From Candidatus Latescibacterota bacterium (lineage in GTDB: Bacteria; Latescibacterota; UBA2968; UBA8231): a DNA stretch of 64,000 nt. The stretch's first letter is position 1. The number at the start of each line of letters is the position of its first letter. Location of the stretch: contig OZ241362.1 in the NCBI GenBank assembly GCA_965200315.1, positions 192,001 through 256,000 of the forward strand. Reading direction: 5' to 3'. The notes beneath the pieces were generated by a model, which saw only the letters and a program-made list of their open reading frames with translations, ran no database searches and was not told where the DNA came from. A program made the translations under genes and the position numbers. Positions 38,641 to 49,016 of this stretch are shown in pieces.

Positions 38641-39762
38641 ATGCGCTACGCACCCAAGATAGCCCTCGCACTGGCCAGCTTAGTCATCGGGATCGCGCTG
38701 TGCGAGCTGGCGTTGAGCTTCTTGCACCCGCAGCTCTTCCGCCGGCCCCCGGTCTGGCGCTACGATCCCGAACTGGGTTGGAGCCACATCCCGGACCGCG
38801 TCGGCCGCTTGATCACCCCGGAATTCGACGTGGAAATGCGGATCAACAGCATGGGCTTGCGCGACCGCGAGTTTGCAACAGAAAAGGCCGCAGGCGTTCG
38901 CCGCGTTGCCCTGTTCGGCGACTCGTTTGTCGAAGGGTGGGGCGTTCCCGTAGAGGCCGCGGTCAGCCGTCAACTCGAAGCCTGTCTGCGGCGCGAAGGG
39001 GGCGCGGTGGAGGTGGCCAACTTCGGGGTGGCTGGCTACGGCACCGACCAAGCGTTGCTGTTTTTTGAACAACAGGGCGTGAGCTTTGGGGCCGATGAGG
39101 TGGTGCTCTTTTTTTACGGCAACGACCTGTGGAACAATGCGTCGCGCCGGGGCATTGGTGCCGAGCGGGGCTTTAAGCCCTACTTCCGGGTGCGGATCAA
39201 CGGGCAGCTTGCGCTCGCGGGCGTCCCGGTCAAGGAGTCGAGTTTTTGGCGACAGCCCGCCAACGAGTTGCCCCTCGCAGTAAGGTTGGATCGCTACTTT
39301 TCGCAGCACTGGCATTTGTACCGGCTGGTGCAAAAGGCGTGGCAGCCGAAGGTGCCGCGCGGGCAGCAGCAGGATTTTTACGCGGGTCTGTACGGCGCGG
39401 AGGTGCGCTTTGCCCCGGCTTGGGAGCTGACCGGCCGCATCCTCGCGGCCTTTAAGCGCAGCGTTGAGCAGCACGGCGCACGCCTGACCGTCGTGTACGT
39501 GCCGTCGATCGTCCAGGTAGAAGAGGACAACTGGCGCACCAAGCGCGAGCTGTACGGTCTGATCGGCGAGTTTGACCTGAGCAAGCCCAATGCCAAGCTA
39601 GCCAGCTTTGCCGAGGAGTACGGATTCGCGTTGATCGACTTGCTCGATGAGTTCAGGCAAACGGCCCAAACCCAAACGTTGTATTGGCGCGATAGCCACT
39701 GGAACGCGGCTGGCCACGCCTTGGCGGCCGAGCGGCTCTGCGCCCATCTGCGGAGGCCCTAA
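38641..39762 (+). CDS. SGNH/GDSL hydrolase or acyltransferase, membrane-anchored
   Basis: 'GDSF', 'NFGVAGYGTDQ', 'GND', 'DSHWNAAGH'. Confidence 0.85.
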   Translation: MRYAPKIALALASLVIGIALCELALSFLHPQLFRRPPVWRYDPELGWSHIPDRVGRLITPEFDVEMRINSMGLRDREFATEKAAGVRRVALFGDSFVEGWGVPVEAAVSRQLEACLRREGGAVEVANFGVAGYGTDQALLFFEQQGVSFGADEVVLFFYGNDLWNNASRRGIGAERGFKPYFRVRINGQLALAGVPVKESSFWRQPANELPLAVRLDRYFSQHWHLYRLVQKAWQPKVPRGQQQDFYAGLYGAEVRFAPAWELTGRILAAFKRSVEQHGARLTVVYVPSIVQVEEDNWRTKRELYGLIGEFDLSKPNAKLASFAEEYGFALIDLLDEFRQTAQTQTLYWRDSHWNAAGHALAAERLCAHLRRP

Positions 39763-39765
39763 CCC

Positions 39766-42123
39766 GTGGAGTGGCGCAAGGACCTAGGTGCGGTGGGGCT
39801 GCTCGGGGCCGCGGTCGCCGTTTTCTTTTGGCCGGCCACTGCGCTAGAGGGGGCGTTTTTCGTGCAGGACGTGATGGTGCAAAACCACCCGTTCCGCGAC
39901 TTTTTCGCCCGCGCCCTCCGCGAAGGTCAATTGCCGCTGTGGAATGCGGCCATCAACTGCGGCTTCCCCCTGTTTGCCGAAGGCCAAGCCGGGCCGCTGT
40001 ATCCGCCCAATGTGATTTTGGCGTTGCTTTTGCCCACATGGGCCGCGCTAAACTGGAACATAGTCTTGCACCTGTGGTTGGCGAGCGCGGGCATGTACGC
40101 ACTGGTGCGTGCCTTTGGCGTGGTGCGACCGGCTGCGCTGTGCGCCGGGCTTTGCTACGCCCTGAGCGGATACATGGTCGTGCGGGCCATGTCGCCCAAC
40201 TTCATCGACGTATGCGCTTGGCTGCCGCTGCTGTTTTGGCTCGTCGATCGCATCCTGAAGCGGGGGCACTTTTTTTACGTATTGCTCTTTGCCTTGGTGT
40301 TTGGCTTGCAACTGCTGGCCGGCCACCCCCAAGCCGCCCTATACGGGGCCGTCGCTGTTGCGGGCTACTGGCTCTATCGGAGTTGGGTTCAGGGCGCGGG
40401 ATGGATCGCTTGGCTGGCACTGGCGGTCGCATTCGCGTTGGGGGCAGCCCTAGCCGCTGTCCAGCTAGGACCTACCGCCGAATTAGTGCAGCTATCCAAT
40501 CGCGGGGCTGGCTTGTCGTGGGCCAGCTTTGTGGCGATGTCGCTGCCGCCCGAGCGGCTGGCTACCTTGTTGTGGCCCAATTTCTTCGGCAATTCGGCGC
40601 ACGGCACCTACGGGAGCCGAGAGCTAGGGTTCTTCATCCAACTCTGTGCCTACGTCGGCGTGGTGCCGCTGTTTTTGGCGTGGGCGGCCCTGCGCGAGCG
40701 GCGGGACGGCCAAGTCGGTTTTTTTGCCGCGCTCGCCCTCGCTGGCTTGGTGCTCGCACTGGGCCAATACACGGCCATCTTTTCCTTTTTTCATCAAATC
40801 CCGGGATTTAGCCTGTTCCGCATCCCGACGCGCTTTTTGTTGTGGTTTGCCGTGGGGGTATCCGTGCTCTGCGGCCTCGGCCTCGACCAAGTGCTGCGCC
40901 GCCAGCGTCAACGGCCGGCGAATGGCTGGCTGCTGGCTGTAGTTTTCGGTGCGGTCAGTGTGGGTCTGCTGTGGGTCAGCGAGGTCGCGCTTTTTGGCGA
41001 CCCAGAAACGCGCTACATCCACCACTTACGTGGCGACAGCCTGCGGCTTGTAGGGGCCTTGATGATCGGCGCGTGGCTGCTCGGGCGACGAGCGCGGCGA
41101 GCCGCAGCGTGGGCCGCGCCCGTGGCCATTTTTGCCGAGTTGTACAGCTTTGGCGCGGATTTTAACGGTACTATAGAACCGGCTGCGTACACGGAGACTC
41201 CGACGACGGCGCACGAGATTTTGGCCGACCACTCGGCGGCTGTACCGCCGCGAATCGTCAGCTTGGTCTCCGAGCGCAACTCGCCATTTGACTGGCACGG
41301 GGGATGGGCCTACGACTTGGGGTCCTATCGGCGTTATAACGAAACCTTGCGGATGTATTCGGGGGGGCTATACGGCGTGGCCAACGCGCTGCCGGGGTGG
41401 AGCCCGCTGCACCTGTATCGCCACGGAGAATTCGCCCGCGGCTATCCGGCGTTTGCCGCCTTGGCCGGCGTGGAATACGCGGTGCGCTACAGCCGCGACG
41501 GGGACCTCGATGTGCAGCGGCTGCCGGCGGCCTTGCCCCGCGCGTACGTGGTGGGCCAATTCCACCGCGCCACCAGCCCGCGAGCCGGGCTGAGTTATAT
41601 GGCTCGCGGGTTTCCCATGCGGCGCGAAGTCGTCTTGGAGGAAGCGCCCGCCACCTCGATTGGTCCGGGCGGTGCGGCGCAGATCGTCCGCTACGAGGAC
41701 GAGGAAGTCGCCGTGGCCCTCGCCGACGCGGCCGGGGGAATTTTGGTCTTGAGCGATACGTACTATCCGGGCTGGCGGGCCTTTGTCGATGGGGTCGAGC
41801 GCCCTATTCTTCGCGCCAATCACGTATTCCGCGCCGTAGTGGTCCCGGCCGGGGCGCAAGAGGTCGTCTTTTCGTACGAGCCGGATAGTTTCCGCTATGG
41901 CTTGCTGGTCAGCGTGGCCGCGGCCGCGCTCTGGCTGGGGCTGGCTTGGGGTAGGCGGTGGCTGATCCTTCCTCCGGTGAGGAACATGCCGGTGGATGCG
42001 GGGGCGCAGTTGAAGGTCCGGGCTGTGCTGGGAGTCTTGATCTTCGTGATTCACGGAATAGCTACGCAGGGGCCTTTGTGGAGCGGGTGGCTCGAACGCC
42101 TGCGGCTAGGGGTGGGGGCGTGA
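39766..42123 (+). CDS. YfhO family membrane protein (GT-C-like)
   Basis: 'PLWN...GFP', 'AGHPQ', 'FRIP.RF', 'LSDTYYPGW.AFVDG'. Confidence 0.85.
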   Translation: MEWRKDLGAVGLLGAAVAVFFWPATALEGAFFVQDVMVQNHPFRDFFARALREGQLPLWNAAINCGFPLFAEGQAGPLYPPNVILALLLPTWAALNWNIVLHLWLASAGMYALVRAFGVVRPAALCAGLCYALSGYMVVRAMSPNFIDVCAWLPLLFWLVDRILKRGHFFYVLLFALVFGLQLLAGHPQAALYGAVAVAGYWLYRSWVQGAGWIAWLALAVAFALGAALAAVQLGPTAELVQLSNRGAGLSWASFVAMSLPPERLATLLWPNFFGNSAHGTYGSRELGFFIQLCAYVGVVPLFLAWAALRERRDGQVGFFAALALAGLVLALGQYTAIFSFFHQIPGFSLFRIPTRFLLWFAVGVSVLCGLGLDQVLRRQRQRPANGWLLAVVFGAVSVGLLWVSEVALFGDPETRYIHHLRGDSLRLVGALMIGAWLLGRRARRAAAWAAPVAIFAELYSFGADFNGTIEPAAYTETPTTAHEILADHSAAVPPRIVSLVSERNSPFDWHGGWAYDLGSYRRYNETLRMYSGGLYGVANALPGWSPLHLYRHGEFARGYPAFAALAGVEYAVRYSRDGDLDVQRLPAALPRAYVVGQFHRATSPRAGLSYMARGFPMRREVVLEEAPATSIGPGGAAQIVRYEDEEVAVALADAAGGILVLSDTYYPGWRAFVDGVERPILRANHVFRAVVVPAGAQEVVFSYEPDSFRYGLLVSVAAAALWLGLAWGRRWLILPPVRNMPVDAGAQLKVRAVLGVLIFVIHGIATQGPLWSGWLERLRLGVGA

Positions 42124-43988
42124 GGGTGGGGGCTTCGGCAAGCTCAGCCGAGACGATTATCGGGCTGGCCGCAGGGACTGCCGCGCTTGTAATCTATGGC
42201 ATGACGCTGTGCCCGACCGTGTACGTAGAGGGGAGCGGCGAGCTGATCGGCGCGGCCTACGGGTTGGGGACGGCGCATCCGACCGGCTATCCCTTGTTTT
42301 GCCTCAGCAGCCGCTTGCTCGCGCTGGTGCTGCCGTGGGTCAGCCCGGCCGTGGCGATTAATGCCGCGTCGGCCCTGTTTGCCGCGGCCTGTTGTGGGAC
42401 TTTGGCAGCCGTGCTCTACGGGCGCGGGGCGCGGCCTGTGGTGGCTTTGGCCGCGGCCTTGGCGCTGGCGTTTTCGCGCACCTTTTGGTCCCAAGCCGTC
42501 ATCGCCGAAGTCTATGGCTTGGCTTTATTACTGGTGATCTTGGTGTTGGCCCAAGCCCTTAGAGTGTGTGAGAGCAAGGAGCCGCGCCAAGTGCTCCTCT
42601 TGGGCTGGCTGATGGGCTTGGGGCTGACGGCTCACTTGATGCAGGTGCTCGTGTGGCCGGGTGTGGTCGCGGTCTTGGCTTGGCGCTGGCCTGCGCTGTG
42701 GCGACGGCCCTTGTTGCTGGCGCAGGGGATGCTCGCTGCGCTGGGGGGATACAGCTTGGTGTCGTACCTGCCGCTGCGCAATGGCCAGGGTGGTGGGTTT
42801 CACTGGGGGCCGCTTGACGACCTAACGGCCCTGTGGGAGCACTTGAGCGGTGCGCTGTATCGCTCGTCGTTTTTTTCCCTGCCCTTAGAGGGCATGCTGC
42901 TCAATGCCCAGCGCTGGCTGGTGCAGGCCGCGGGCGAGTTTCACCTCGCGTTAGTGCCACTGATTGCTTGGGGTGGGTGGGCGGCTTGGCGGCGCGATCG
43001 CAGTGCGTTTGTCTTGGTTGGAGGGGCCATCGCCTGTAATTTGATCGCCGCGCTCAACTACCACCGCGATCCCAATGGCCTGCCGGTGTTTTACCTGCTC
43101 AGCATAGTGGGGTTGGCCGTGTGGTTGGGCATGGGGTTGGATGCGCTGGCTAGCCGGGTGCGGTCGGTTGTCTCGGTGCCGCTCGCCGCGCTCGTCGTCG
43201 CCTTGGTGCTAGCCACTCACTACGAGGAATCCGACCGCAGCGAAAATTGGGTCGCCGATCGCTATGGCCGCGACCTTCTCGCCGACTTGCCCGAGGGCGC
43301 GATCCTGATTACCGAGGGGGACGATGCGGCCTTTGTGCTCGACTACCTGCTGAGGATAGAGGGATTGCGCCCGGACGTGACTCTATACAACCGCATGGGA
43401 CGAGGGACGGATGTACTCGCTTGGAGCGAGTACGCGCTGCCCTCGCTAAGGCGGGAGCAACTGCGCTGGCGGCGCGAGGCCGCATTGGCTCGGGGCGAGC
43501 GGCCCCTTTTTTATTTGGTCCCGCGCCGCTCGCCGATTGCGGGATGGGTGTTTGTTCCGGCAGGCTTGGTCTATCGCCTGCAAGCACCTGACGACAGCAC
43601 GGGGGCCGCCCGGCAGATCGAGATGGGCAACGCGTTGGCCACGGGCTTTTTCCGCGACCCTTGGGTGAGAAAGATCCAGAGTAATTATTATTTTATGGCC
43701 GGCGAAGAGCGGCTATGGGCTGGAGATCGGGCCGGGGCTACGGCCGCGTACGAGCAGGCGGCGGCCCTCGCTTTCGACTCGCGCACCGTGCGCTTTAACG
43801 TGGCGCTTAAGTTGTTTGCAGCCGGCGAATTGGATCGCGCTATGGACCATGCGGCGGCCGCGGCCGCCATTGATCCTTGGCGGCCTATACCCTATCGCTT
43901 GATGGCGCGCATCGAGCGCGAACAGGGTCGCTATGCCGAGGCGCGACAACTGCTCGAAAAGGCCAATCGATTAGGAAAGACGCCTTGA
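42120..43988 (+). CDS. DUF2723/TMEM260-like GT-C glycosyltransferase with C-terminal TPR
   Basis: 'SGEL...LG.AHPTGYPL', 'WSQA.IAEVY', 'YLPLR', 'GDD', TPR-like tail. Confidence 0.85.
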   Translation: MRVGASASSAETIIGLAAGTAALVIYGMTLCPTVYVEGSGELIGAAYGLGTAHPTGYPLFCLSSRLLALVLPWVSPAVAINAASALFAAACCGTLAAVLYGRGARPVVALAAALALAFSRTFWSQAVIAEVYGLALLLVILVLAQALRVCESKEPRQVLLLGWLMGLGLTAHLMQVLVWPGVVAVLAWRWPALWRRPLLLAQGMLAALGGYSLVSYLPLRNGQGGGFHWGPLDDLTALWEHLSGALYRSSFFSLPLEGMLLNAQRWLVQAAGEFHLALVPLIAWGGWAAWRRDRSAFVLVGGAIACNLIAALNYHRDPNGLPVFYLLSIVGLAVWLGMGLDALASRVRSVVSVPLAALVVALVLATHYEESDRSENWVADRYGRDLLADLPEGAILITEGDDAAFVLDYLLRIEGLRPDVTLYNRMGRGTDVLAWSEYALPSLRREQLRWRREAALARGERPLFYLVPRRSPIAGWVFVPAGLVYRLQAPDDSTGAARQIEMGNALATGFFRDPWVRKIQSNYYFMAGEERLWAGDRAGATAAYEQAAALAFDSRTVRFNVALKLFAAGELDRAMDHAAAAAAIDPWRPIPYRLMARIEREQGRYAEARQLLEKANRLGKTP

Positions 43989-44107
43989 CTTGGTTGCATG
44001 GTCCGTCCTTTTTCTGGCCAATTGGGGCCGGGGGTGCAGGATTTTTTTCCTCAAACCAATGTATGTTTGTAGGCATGAATAACGAGCGGTCTAACCGGTG
44101 ATTGGGT

Positions 44108-45520
44108 ATGCAGACCTTATTTTATGATGAACTGGCGTCCGCTCCATTTGCTTCTTGTGGCGGCCCGGCCCGGACGGACCTACAGAGGCGCTTTGCACAG
44201 CGGCTGCGAGTCAACCCGCAATTGAGCCGCAAGTTAGTGTCGTACCAAGGGAACAAGGGGGCGGTTGGGTTCCGTTGGCTGAAGTACAAAGAGGGGTTTT
44301 CCACCACGCTTGTCCGCCAGTTTATTGAACGCGGGCAGGCAAAGCAGGTTTTGGACCCGTTTTCAGGGGCCGGGACGACGGTGCTGACGGCGATGGGCAT
44401 GGGGATACCGGCCACGGGCATAGAAATTTTACCGCTCGGCACCTTGGCCGCGCAGACCGTTGCGTATGCCGCTAATGGGATGCCGCTCGCCGCGTTCCGC
44501 ACCACCGCTCACGCCTTGCTGAACGCCATCGCCGAAGGCAGCGACGCCGGCCAGCATGCGCTGGCCCACGTTCCGATTACACAGGGGGCCTTTCCCTGTC
44601 GCACGGCCCACGAGATCGCTCGCGCCCGCAAGTTCATCGCCGCGCTGACGGACCCGGCCTTGGCGACCGCGCTGAGCCTCGCTTGCGTGAGCGTCTTGGA
44701 AGAAGTCAGCTACACCCGCAAGGATGGTCAGTTCTTGCGCTGGGATCCACGCTCGGGCCGCACCGTTTCCACCAAGCTGAACAAGGGGCCGCTGCCGTCG
44801 TTTGCCCCGGCTCTCTCCACGCGCCTCCAGCAGATGATGCACGATTTTCCCCTGCTGAAAGCGCACTATGCCGGCCCGCTCCCGACGTTTATCACTGGCT
44901 CTAGTTTGACCGAGTTGCACAAATTGGACACTGGCCAGTTCGATTGCGTCGTCACTTCGCCCCCCTATGCCAATCGCTACGACTACACGCGGACGTATGC
45001 CCTTGAACTGGTCTATTTGGGCTATGACGACGTTCAGATCAAGGCATTGCGGCAGGCCCTGTTATCGGCAACAGTGGAAAACCGCTGTAAGCGCGCCGGA
45101 CTATGTGCTGCTTGGGAGGATGTGCCGACCCTCGAGCGCGTCTTTCGCATGGTGGATCAGCAAGCGGCCTTACAGGAGGTTCTCACCATTTTGCGTGACC
45201 GCGCCGCCGAGCTAAGCAATCGCAATGTGATTACTCTACTGGAAAACTACTTTACGGAAATGGCCGTCATCGTACATGAGTTGGGCCGCGTCGTACGCGC
45301 CGGGGGCCGCGTGTTCATGGTCAACGACAACGTGCGCTATCACGGCGAAGAGGTGCCGGTCGATTTGATTTTGTCGGACTTTGCCGAGCAATGTGGTTTT
45401 CACTGCGCCGCGATATGGATGTTGAAGCGAGGCAAGGGCAATTCCAGTCAACAGATGGGCCGCTTCGGTCGGCGCGAGATCAGGAAATGCGTATATGAAT
45501 GGATCAAGGTCGATGAATGA
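44108..45520 (+). CDS. Amino-DNA methyltransferase (probably m4C)
   Basis: Motif I 'DPFSGAGTT', motif IV 'TSPPY', 'W.KYKEGFS'. Confidence 0.9.
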   Translation: MQTLFYDELASAPFASCGGPARTDLQRRFAQRLRVNPQLSRKLVSYQGNKGAVGFRWLKYKEGFSTTLVRQFIERGQAKQVLDPFSGAGTTVLTAMGMGIPATGIEILPLGTLAAQTVAYAANGMPLAAFRTTAHALLNAIAEGSDAGQHALAHVPITQGAFPCRTAHEIARARKFIAALTDPALATALSLACVSVLEEVSYTRKDGQFLRWDPRSGRTVSTKLNKGPLPSFAPALSTRLQQMMHDFPLLKAHYAGPLPTFITGSSLTELHKLDTGQFDCVVTSPPYANRYDYTRTYALELVYLGYDDVQIKALRQALLSATVENRCKRAGLCAAWEDVPTLERVFRMVDQQAALQEVLTILRDRAAELSNRNVITLLENYFTEMAVIVHELGRVVRAGGRVFMVNDNVRYHGEEVPVDLILSDFAEQCGFHCAAIWMLKRGKGNSSQQMGRFGRREIRKCVYEWIKVDE

Positions 45521-46475
45521 CGCACAACTTAGCAGTGCCCAAGCCCGAGCATTGATATTGTCGAAGGCCATCAAACGCCGAGATGACGTACGAATCCGCA
45601 TGTTGATTGAGGATTTTGATAGCGCGTTGGATTACGAGGAATATGGGCTGGAAGAACTTGCAATCTCCGATAAAGCGTGGGCCTGTGTCCAGCGGTTAAA
45701 GCTCGAGCCTAAAATGGTCTTTGCCCATCCGGCCTTGCTGCAACAATACCCGAAAGCCTCGCTCTATTATCGGGGTATTGCGACCTTATCCTTGAAACGG
45801 GTAAGTAGCATGGCGACAAACGTTGATGCTTGGGAAAACCCGTCCCAAGGTAAAAGGCACACTGCTAAGAAAGAAGCCGTCTTTAAGGTGACGAGGCTCT
45901 ACAATGCGGTGATTTCTTCGATTGTAGAAGGAACAGATGCGTGGGCGTTGGAAAACGGCTACCGCAATATCTTGGCGACCATTGGCATCAGCCAAGACGG
46001 GAAGATGCGCAACATCATCGGCCAAGAAGCTGAACGCGCAGTTCGAGATAAGTTGCTCCAGTGGATTAAAGATGTGGGGATTCCTTGTGAACAAAAAGGG
46101 GCGTGGTTTGAATTAGGCGCGGCGAAAACCGTCCGCATGACCTACGGCTCTGAGCCTGATATTATGTTTGAAAGATACGACGAAAAGGCGCAAAGCTGGG
46201 CTTTAGAGGTGACGATTGAGATCAAAGGCGGAATGGACCCAGCCGGTGCTCTAGAGCGATTGGGGGCCATCAAGAAGAGCTTCGATCAAACCCCGGCCCG
46301 AGTGGAAAACATCGCCATACTGGGCGTGGTCACGTCTGCGATGCGTGCAGAGTTAGACCAAATGAAGATAGTGGATTTCGACCTGTATGACGTGGTCAAT
46401 TCCAAAGAAGGTTGGGACAGGTTTGTGGAAGAGTTGTTCTGCCACAAACTGCGGTTACTGCTATGGAAAAATTAA
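45513..46475 (+). CDS. Type II restriction endonuclease, XcyI-like
   Basis: PD-(D/E)XK core 'SEPDI...IEIKGG.DPAGALER', 'YYRGIA.LS.K', 'G..RNIIGQ'; overlaps the MTase; lower GC. Confidence 0.7.
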   Translation: MNDAQLSSAQARALILSKAIKRRDDVRIRMLIEDFDSALDYEEYGLEELAISDKAWACVQRLKLEPKMVFAHPALLQQYPKASLYYRGIATLSLKRVSSMATNVDAWENPSQGKRHTAKKEAVFKVTRLYNAVISSIVEGTDAWALENGYRNILATIGISQDGKMRNIIGQEAERAVRDKLLQWIKDVGIPCEQKGAWFELGAAKTVRMTYGSEPDIMFERYDEKAQSWALEVTIEIKGGMDPAGALERLGAIKKSFDQTPARVENIAILGVVTSAMRAELDQMKIVDFDLYDVVNSKEGWDRFVEELFCHKLRLLLWKN

Positions 46476-46927
46476 ATCGCATACTCAATCCTCATAAGGT
46501 CGTCCTAAACTTGGCGGCGCAACGCAACTTCGACGCCATCCGCGAATTGGCTACCGTGCTGTGGCAAGACGAGATCGTGCCCGATCAAAAGCGCTTGCTG
46601 GCGGCCTTGATTCGGCGCGAACAACAAGCCTCTACGGGCATTGGCAAGGGCGTGGCCGTACCCCATGCACACGAGGATGGGATCCAGCGCCAGCTCTTGG
46701 CCATCGGCATCTCGCAGGCCGGCATTGACTTTGGCGCACCCGATGCCCAGCCCGTCCACATCATCGCGCTGTTGGTCACGCCCCGCAAACACCAAAAACA
46801 GCACATGGTGCTGCTGGCGGCCCTGTCACAACGCTTGCAGCAAGCGGAAGTACGCCAGCGCTTGCTGCAAGCGGCTGATGCGGCTGAGGTCGTCGATATT
46901 TTTACGGGCGATTCACCTTCCGGCTGA
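46463..46927 (+). CDS. PTS EIIA domain protein (Fru/Ntr-type)
   Basis: 'RREQQASTGIGKGVAVPHA', 'GIDFGAPD..PV'. Confidence 0.9.
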   Translation: MEKLNRILNPHKVVLNLAAQRNFDAIRELATVLWQDEIVPDQKRLLAALIRREQQASTGIGKGVAVPHAHEDGIQRQLLAIGISQAGIDFGAPDAQPVHIIALLVTPRKHQKQHMVLLAALSQRLQQAEVRQRLLQAADAAEVVDIFTGDSPSG

Positions 46928-46943
46928 GCGCAGCGCAAAAATC

Positions 46944-49016
46944 ATGGTTCCAGCATTCACTAGGGCGGTACACGGCCCTCTATTCGAGCGGCACTCGTGC
47001 TTTCTCGCCGGACCGCTCGTGGCGGGGCAGCGGCAGGCCCTGATTGAACGGCTGCGGGTTTTGCTCGCCGCCGGGGTGCCCGGGTACGCAATCTTGGTGC
47101 TGTTGCCCGACCGGGCGACCGCACGGCACTTTCGCCAATCAGTAGATCGGCTCGACTTGGGCCCGTACAGCAGCATTGATCTACAGACGTACTACGGGCT
47201 GGCGAGTAGGTTGGTGCGGCTGTTTTGGCCGCTGGTGGCTGGCAAGGCCGGCTTTGCGGCTCCAGCGCGGCCGCCGGTCTTCCTCAACTACGAAGCCGCC
47301 CAATACCTGATGGGGCAGGTGGTTGAGCCGCTGCTCGCCGAGGGCTATTTCGAGGGGCTGTACCTGCGGCCCCAGCGCATCCTCTCCCAATTGCTCGACA
47401 ATTTAAACAAGGCGGCTGTAGCGGATTTCGCGCTCGCGGAGGTGGCACCGCGCCTGAGTCGCGCTTGGGCTGGGGAAGAGCAGCGGTTGCGCGTGTACGA
47501 ACAGGTGCAGACGTGCGTCGACGGCTACCGCAGCCACTGCCTGCGGCACGGGTTGCTCGACGCGTCGCTGGTCTTTGAGGTCTGCAACCGCCACCTGATC
47601 GCGCAGGAGGAGTTCTGGCGCTACTTCACTGAGCGCTATCGCCACCTCTTGGTTGATTCGGCCGAGGAGCTGGTGCCGGTGGCCGGCGATCTGGTGCGGC
47701 GACTCTTGCCGAGGTGCGACTCGGCCCTGTTGGGGGGAGACGCGCAAGCCGGCTTCCGCATTTTTTTGGGCGTTGATGCGCCCGGTGCCACCGAGCTACA
47801 GCAGCAGTGCAAGGAGATGATTGCCGCGGCACCGGCGGCATGTGCCAGCCGGGATATGGTGGCTTTTGCCAACTGCCTTGGCGCGAAGTTGGGACAAACA
47901 ACCGACGGAGCCTCAGGAGGATCGCCGCGGCTGGCGGTGGCGGATGTAGTGCAGACCCGCTACCGGGGGCAGATGATCGAGGCCGTGGCCCAGCGGATTG
48001 GCGAGAAGATCGCCGAGGGCGTGGCCCCGGGCGAAATCGCGGTTGTGGCCCCACACGCCGACGGGGTGTTACGCTTTCTCTTGTCCGAGACTTTTCGCGC
48101 TGCCGACATCCCCTTTGCGATCGTGCGGCGCTACGAGGCGTTGCGCGAAGAGCCGGTGGTGCGCACCTGTCTGGCGCTGGCCATTCTCGCCCACCCCGAT
48201 TGGGGGCTGCGACTTTCGCTCTTCGATTTGTCCGGGGCGTTGGAGCGGGTGCTCAAGCCCCTCGACCGGCTGCGAGCCGAACTGATGACTCGGCACTTGT
48301 ACGATCCGCGCTCGGGCCAGCTCAAACCCGCGAGCGCGTTGAATGCTGCGCTGGGAGAGCGAATAGGCCGGGCTGCGCTCGTCCGCTATGAAGCCCTGCG
48401 AGCTTGGATTGAGGCGTATCGCAGCGGCGCGGCCGACCCTTGGGACCACTTTTTGCGCCGGCTTTTCGGAGAGGTGCTGTCGCATGCCGCGCTAGATCCT
48501 GAAGACGCCGAGGTGTACAGCAAGCTGATCGCCTCGGCTACCTCGTTCCGCGAGGTGGCTCCAGCGATGGGGCTAGCGGGCGCGGCGGTTGGCCAGCGCT
48601 ACGTCGAGATGATAGGGTCCGGGGTCGTCGCCGCCCAGTATCTGACCGATGTCGATCTAGACGAGGCTCCAGAGTCCATTGCCCTCGTCGCGCCGGTCTA
48701 TACCTATTTGCTCTCCGGCCACGTGGCGCGCTACCAGTTCTGGCTGGACATTGGCTCGGCCAACTGGTGGGAGCCGCTGCACCAGCCCTTGACCAACCAC
48801 TACGTGTTGACGCGGCGTTGGGATACCGAAGAACGCTGGACCGACGCGGTGGATTACTCAATCCGCAACCGCAACCTCTACCGCTTGGTGCGGGGTTTGT
48901 GCCTGCGCTGCCGCGATGGGATTTACCTGTGCGCCAGCGAACAGGAGGGGCATGGTTCGGCGCAGGATGGGCCGCTGATGATGGCGGTGCAACAGGTCTT
49001 GCAGGAAAGTGGGTGA
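46944..49016 (+). CDS. Inactivated UvrD/SF1-like helicase
   Basis: Degenerate Walker A 'AGPLVAGQRQ' and Walker B 'LLVDSAEE'; 'PGEIAVVAP', 'YQFWLD', 'L.RCRDGIYL'. Confidence 0.7.
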   Translation: MVPAFTRAVHGPLFERHSCFLAGPLVAGQRQALIERLRVLLAAGVPGYAILVLLPDRATARHFRQSVDRLDLGPYSSIDLQTYYGLASRLVRLFWPLVAGKAGFAAPARPPVFLNYEAAQYLMGQVVEPLLAEGYFEGLYLRPQRILSQLLDNLNKAAVADFALAEVAPRLSRAWAGEEQRLRVYEQVQTCVDGYRSHCLRHGLLDASLVFEVCNRHLIAQEEFWRYFTERYRHLLVDSAEELVPVAGDLVRRLLPRCDSALLGGDAQAGFRIFLGVDAPGATELQQQCKEMIAAAPAACASRDMVAFANCLGAKLGQTTDGASGGSPRLAVADVVQTRYRGQMIEAVAQRIGEKIAEGVAPGEIAVVAPHADGVLRFLLSETFRAADIPFAIVRRYEALREEPVVRTCLALAILAHPDWGLRLSLFDLSGALERVLKPLDRLRAELMTRHLYDPRSGQLKPASALNAALGERIGRAALVRYEALRAWIEAYRSGAADPWDHFLRRLFGEVLSHAALDPEDAEVYSKLIASATSFREVAPAMGLAGAAVGQRYVEMIGSGVVAAQYLTDVDLDEAPESIALVAPVYTYLLSGHVARYQFWLDIGSANWWEPLHQPLTNHYVLTRRWDTEERWTDAVDYSIRNRNLYRLVRGLCLRCRDGIYLCASEQEGHGSAQDGPLMMAVQQVLQESG

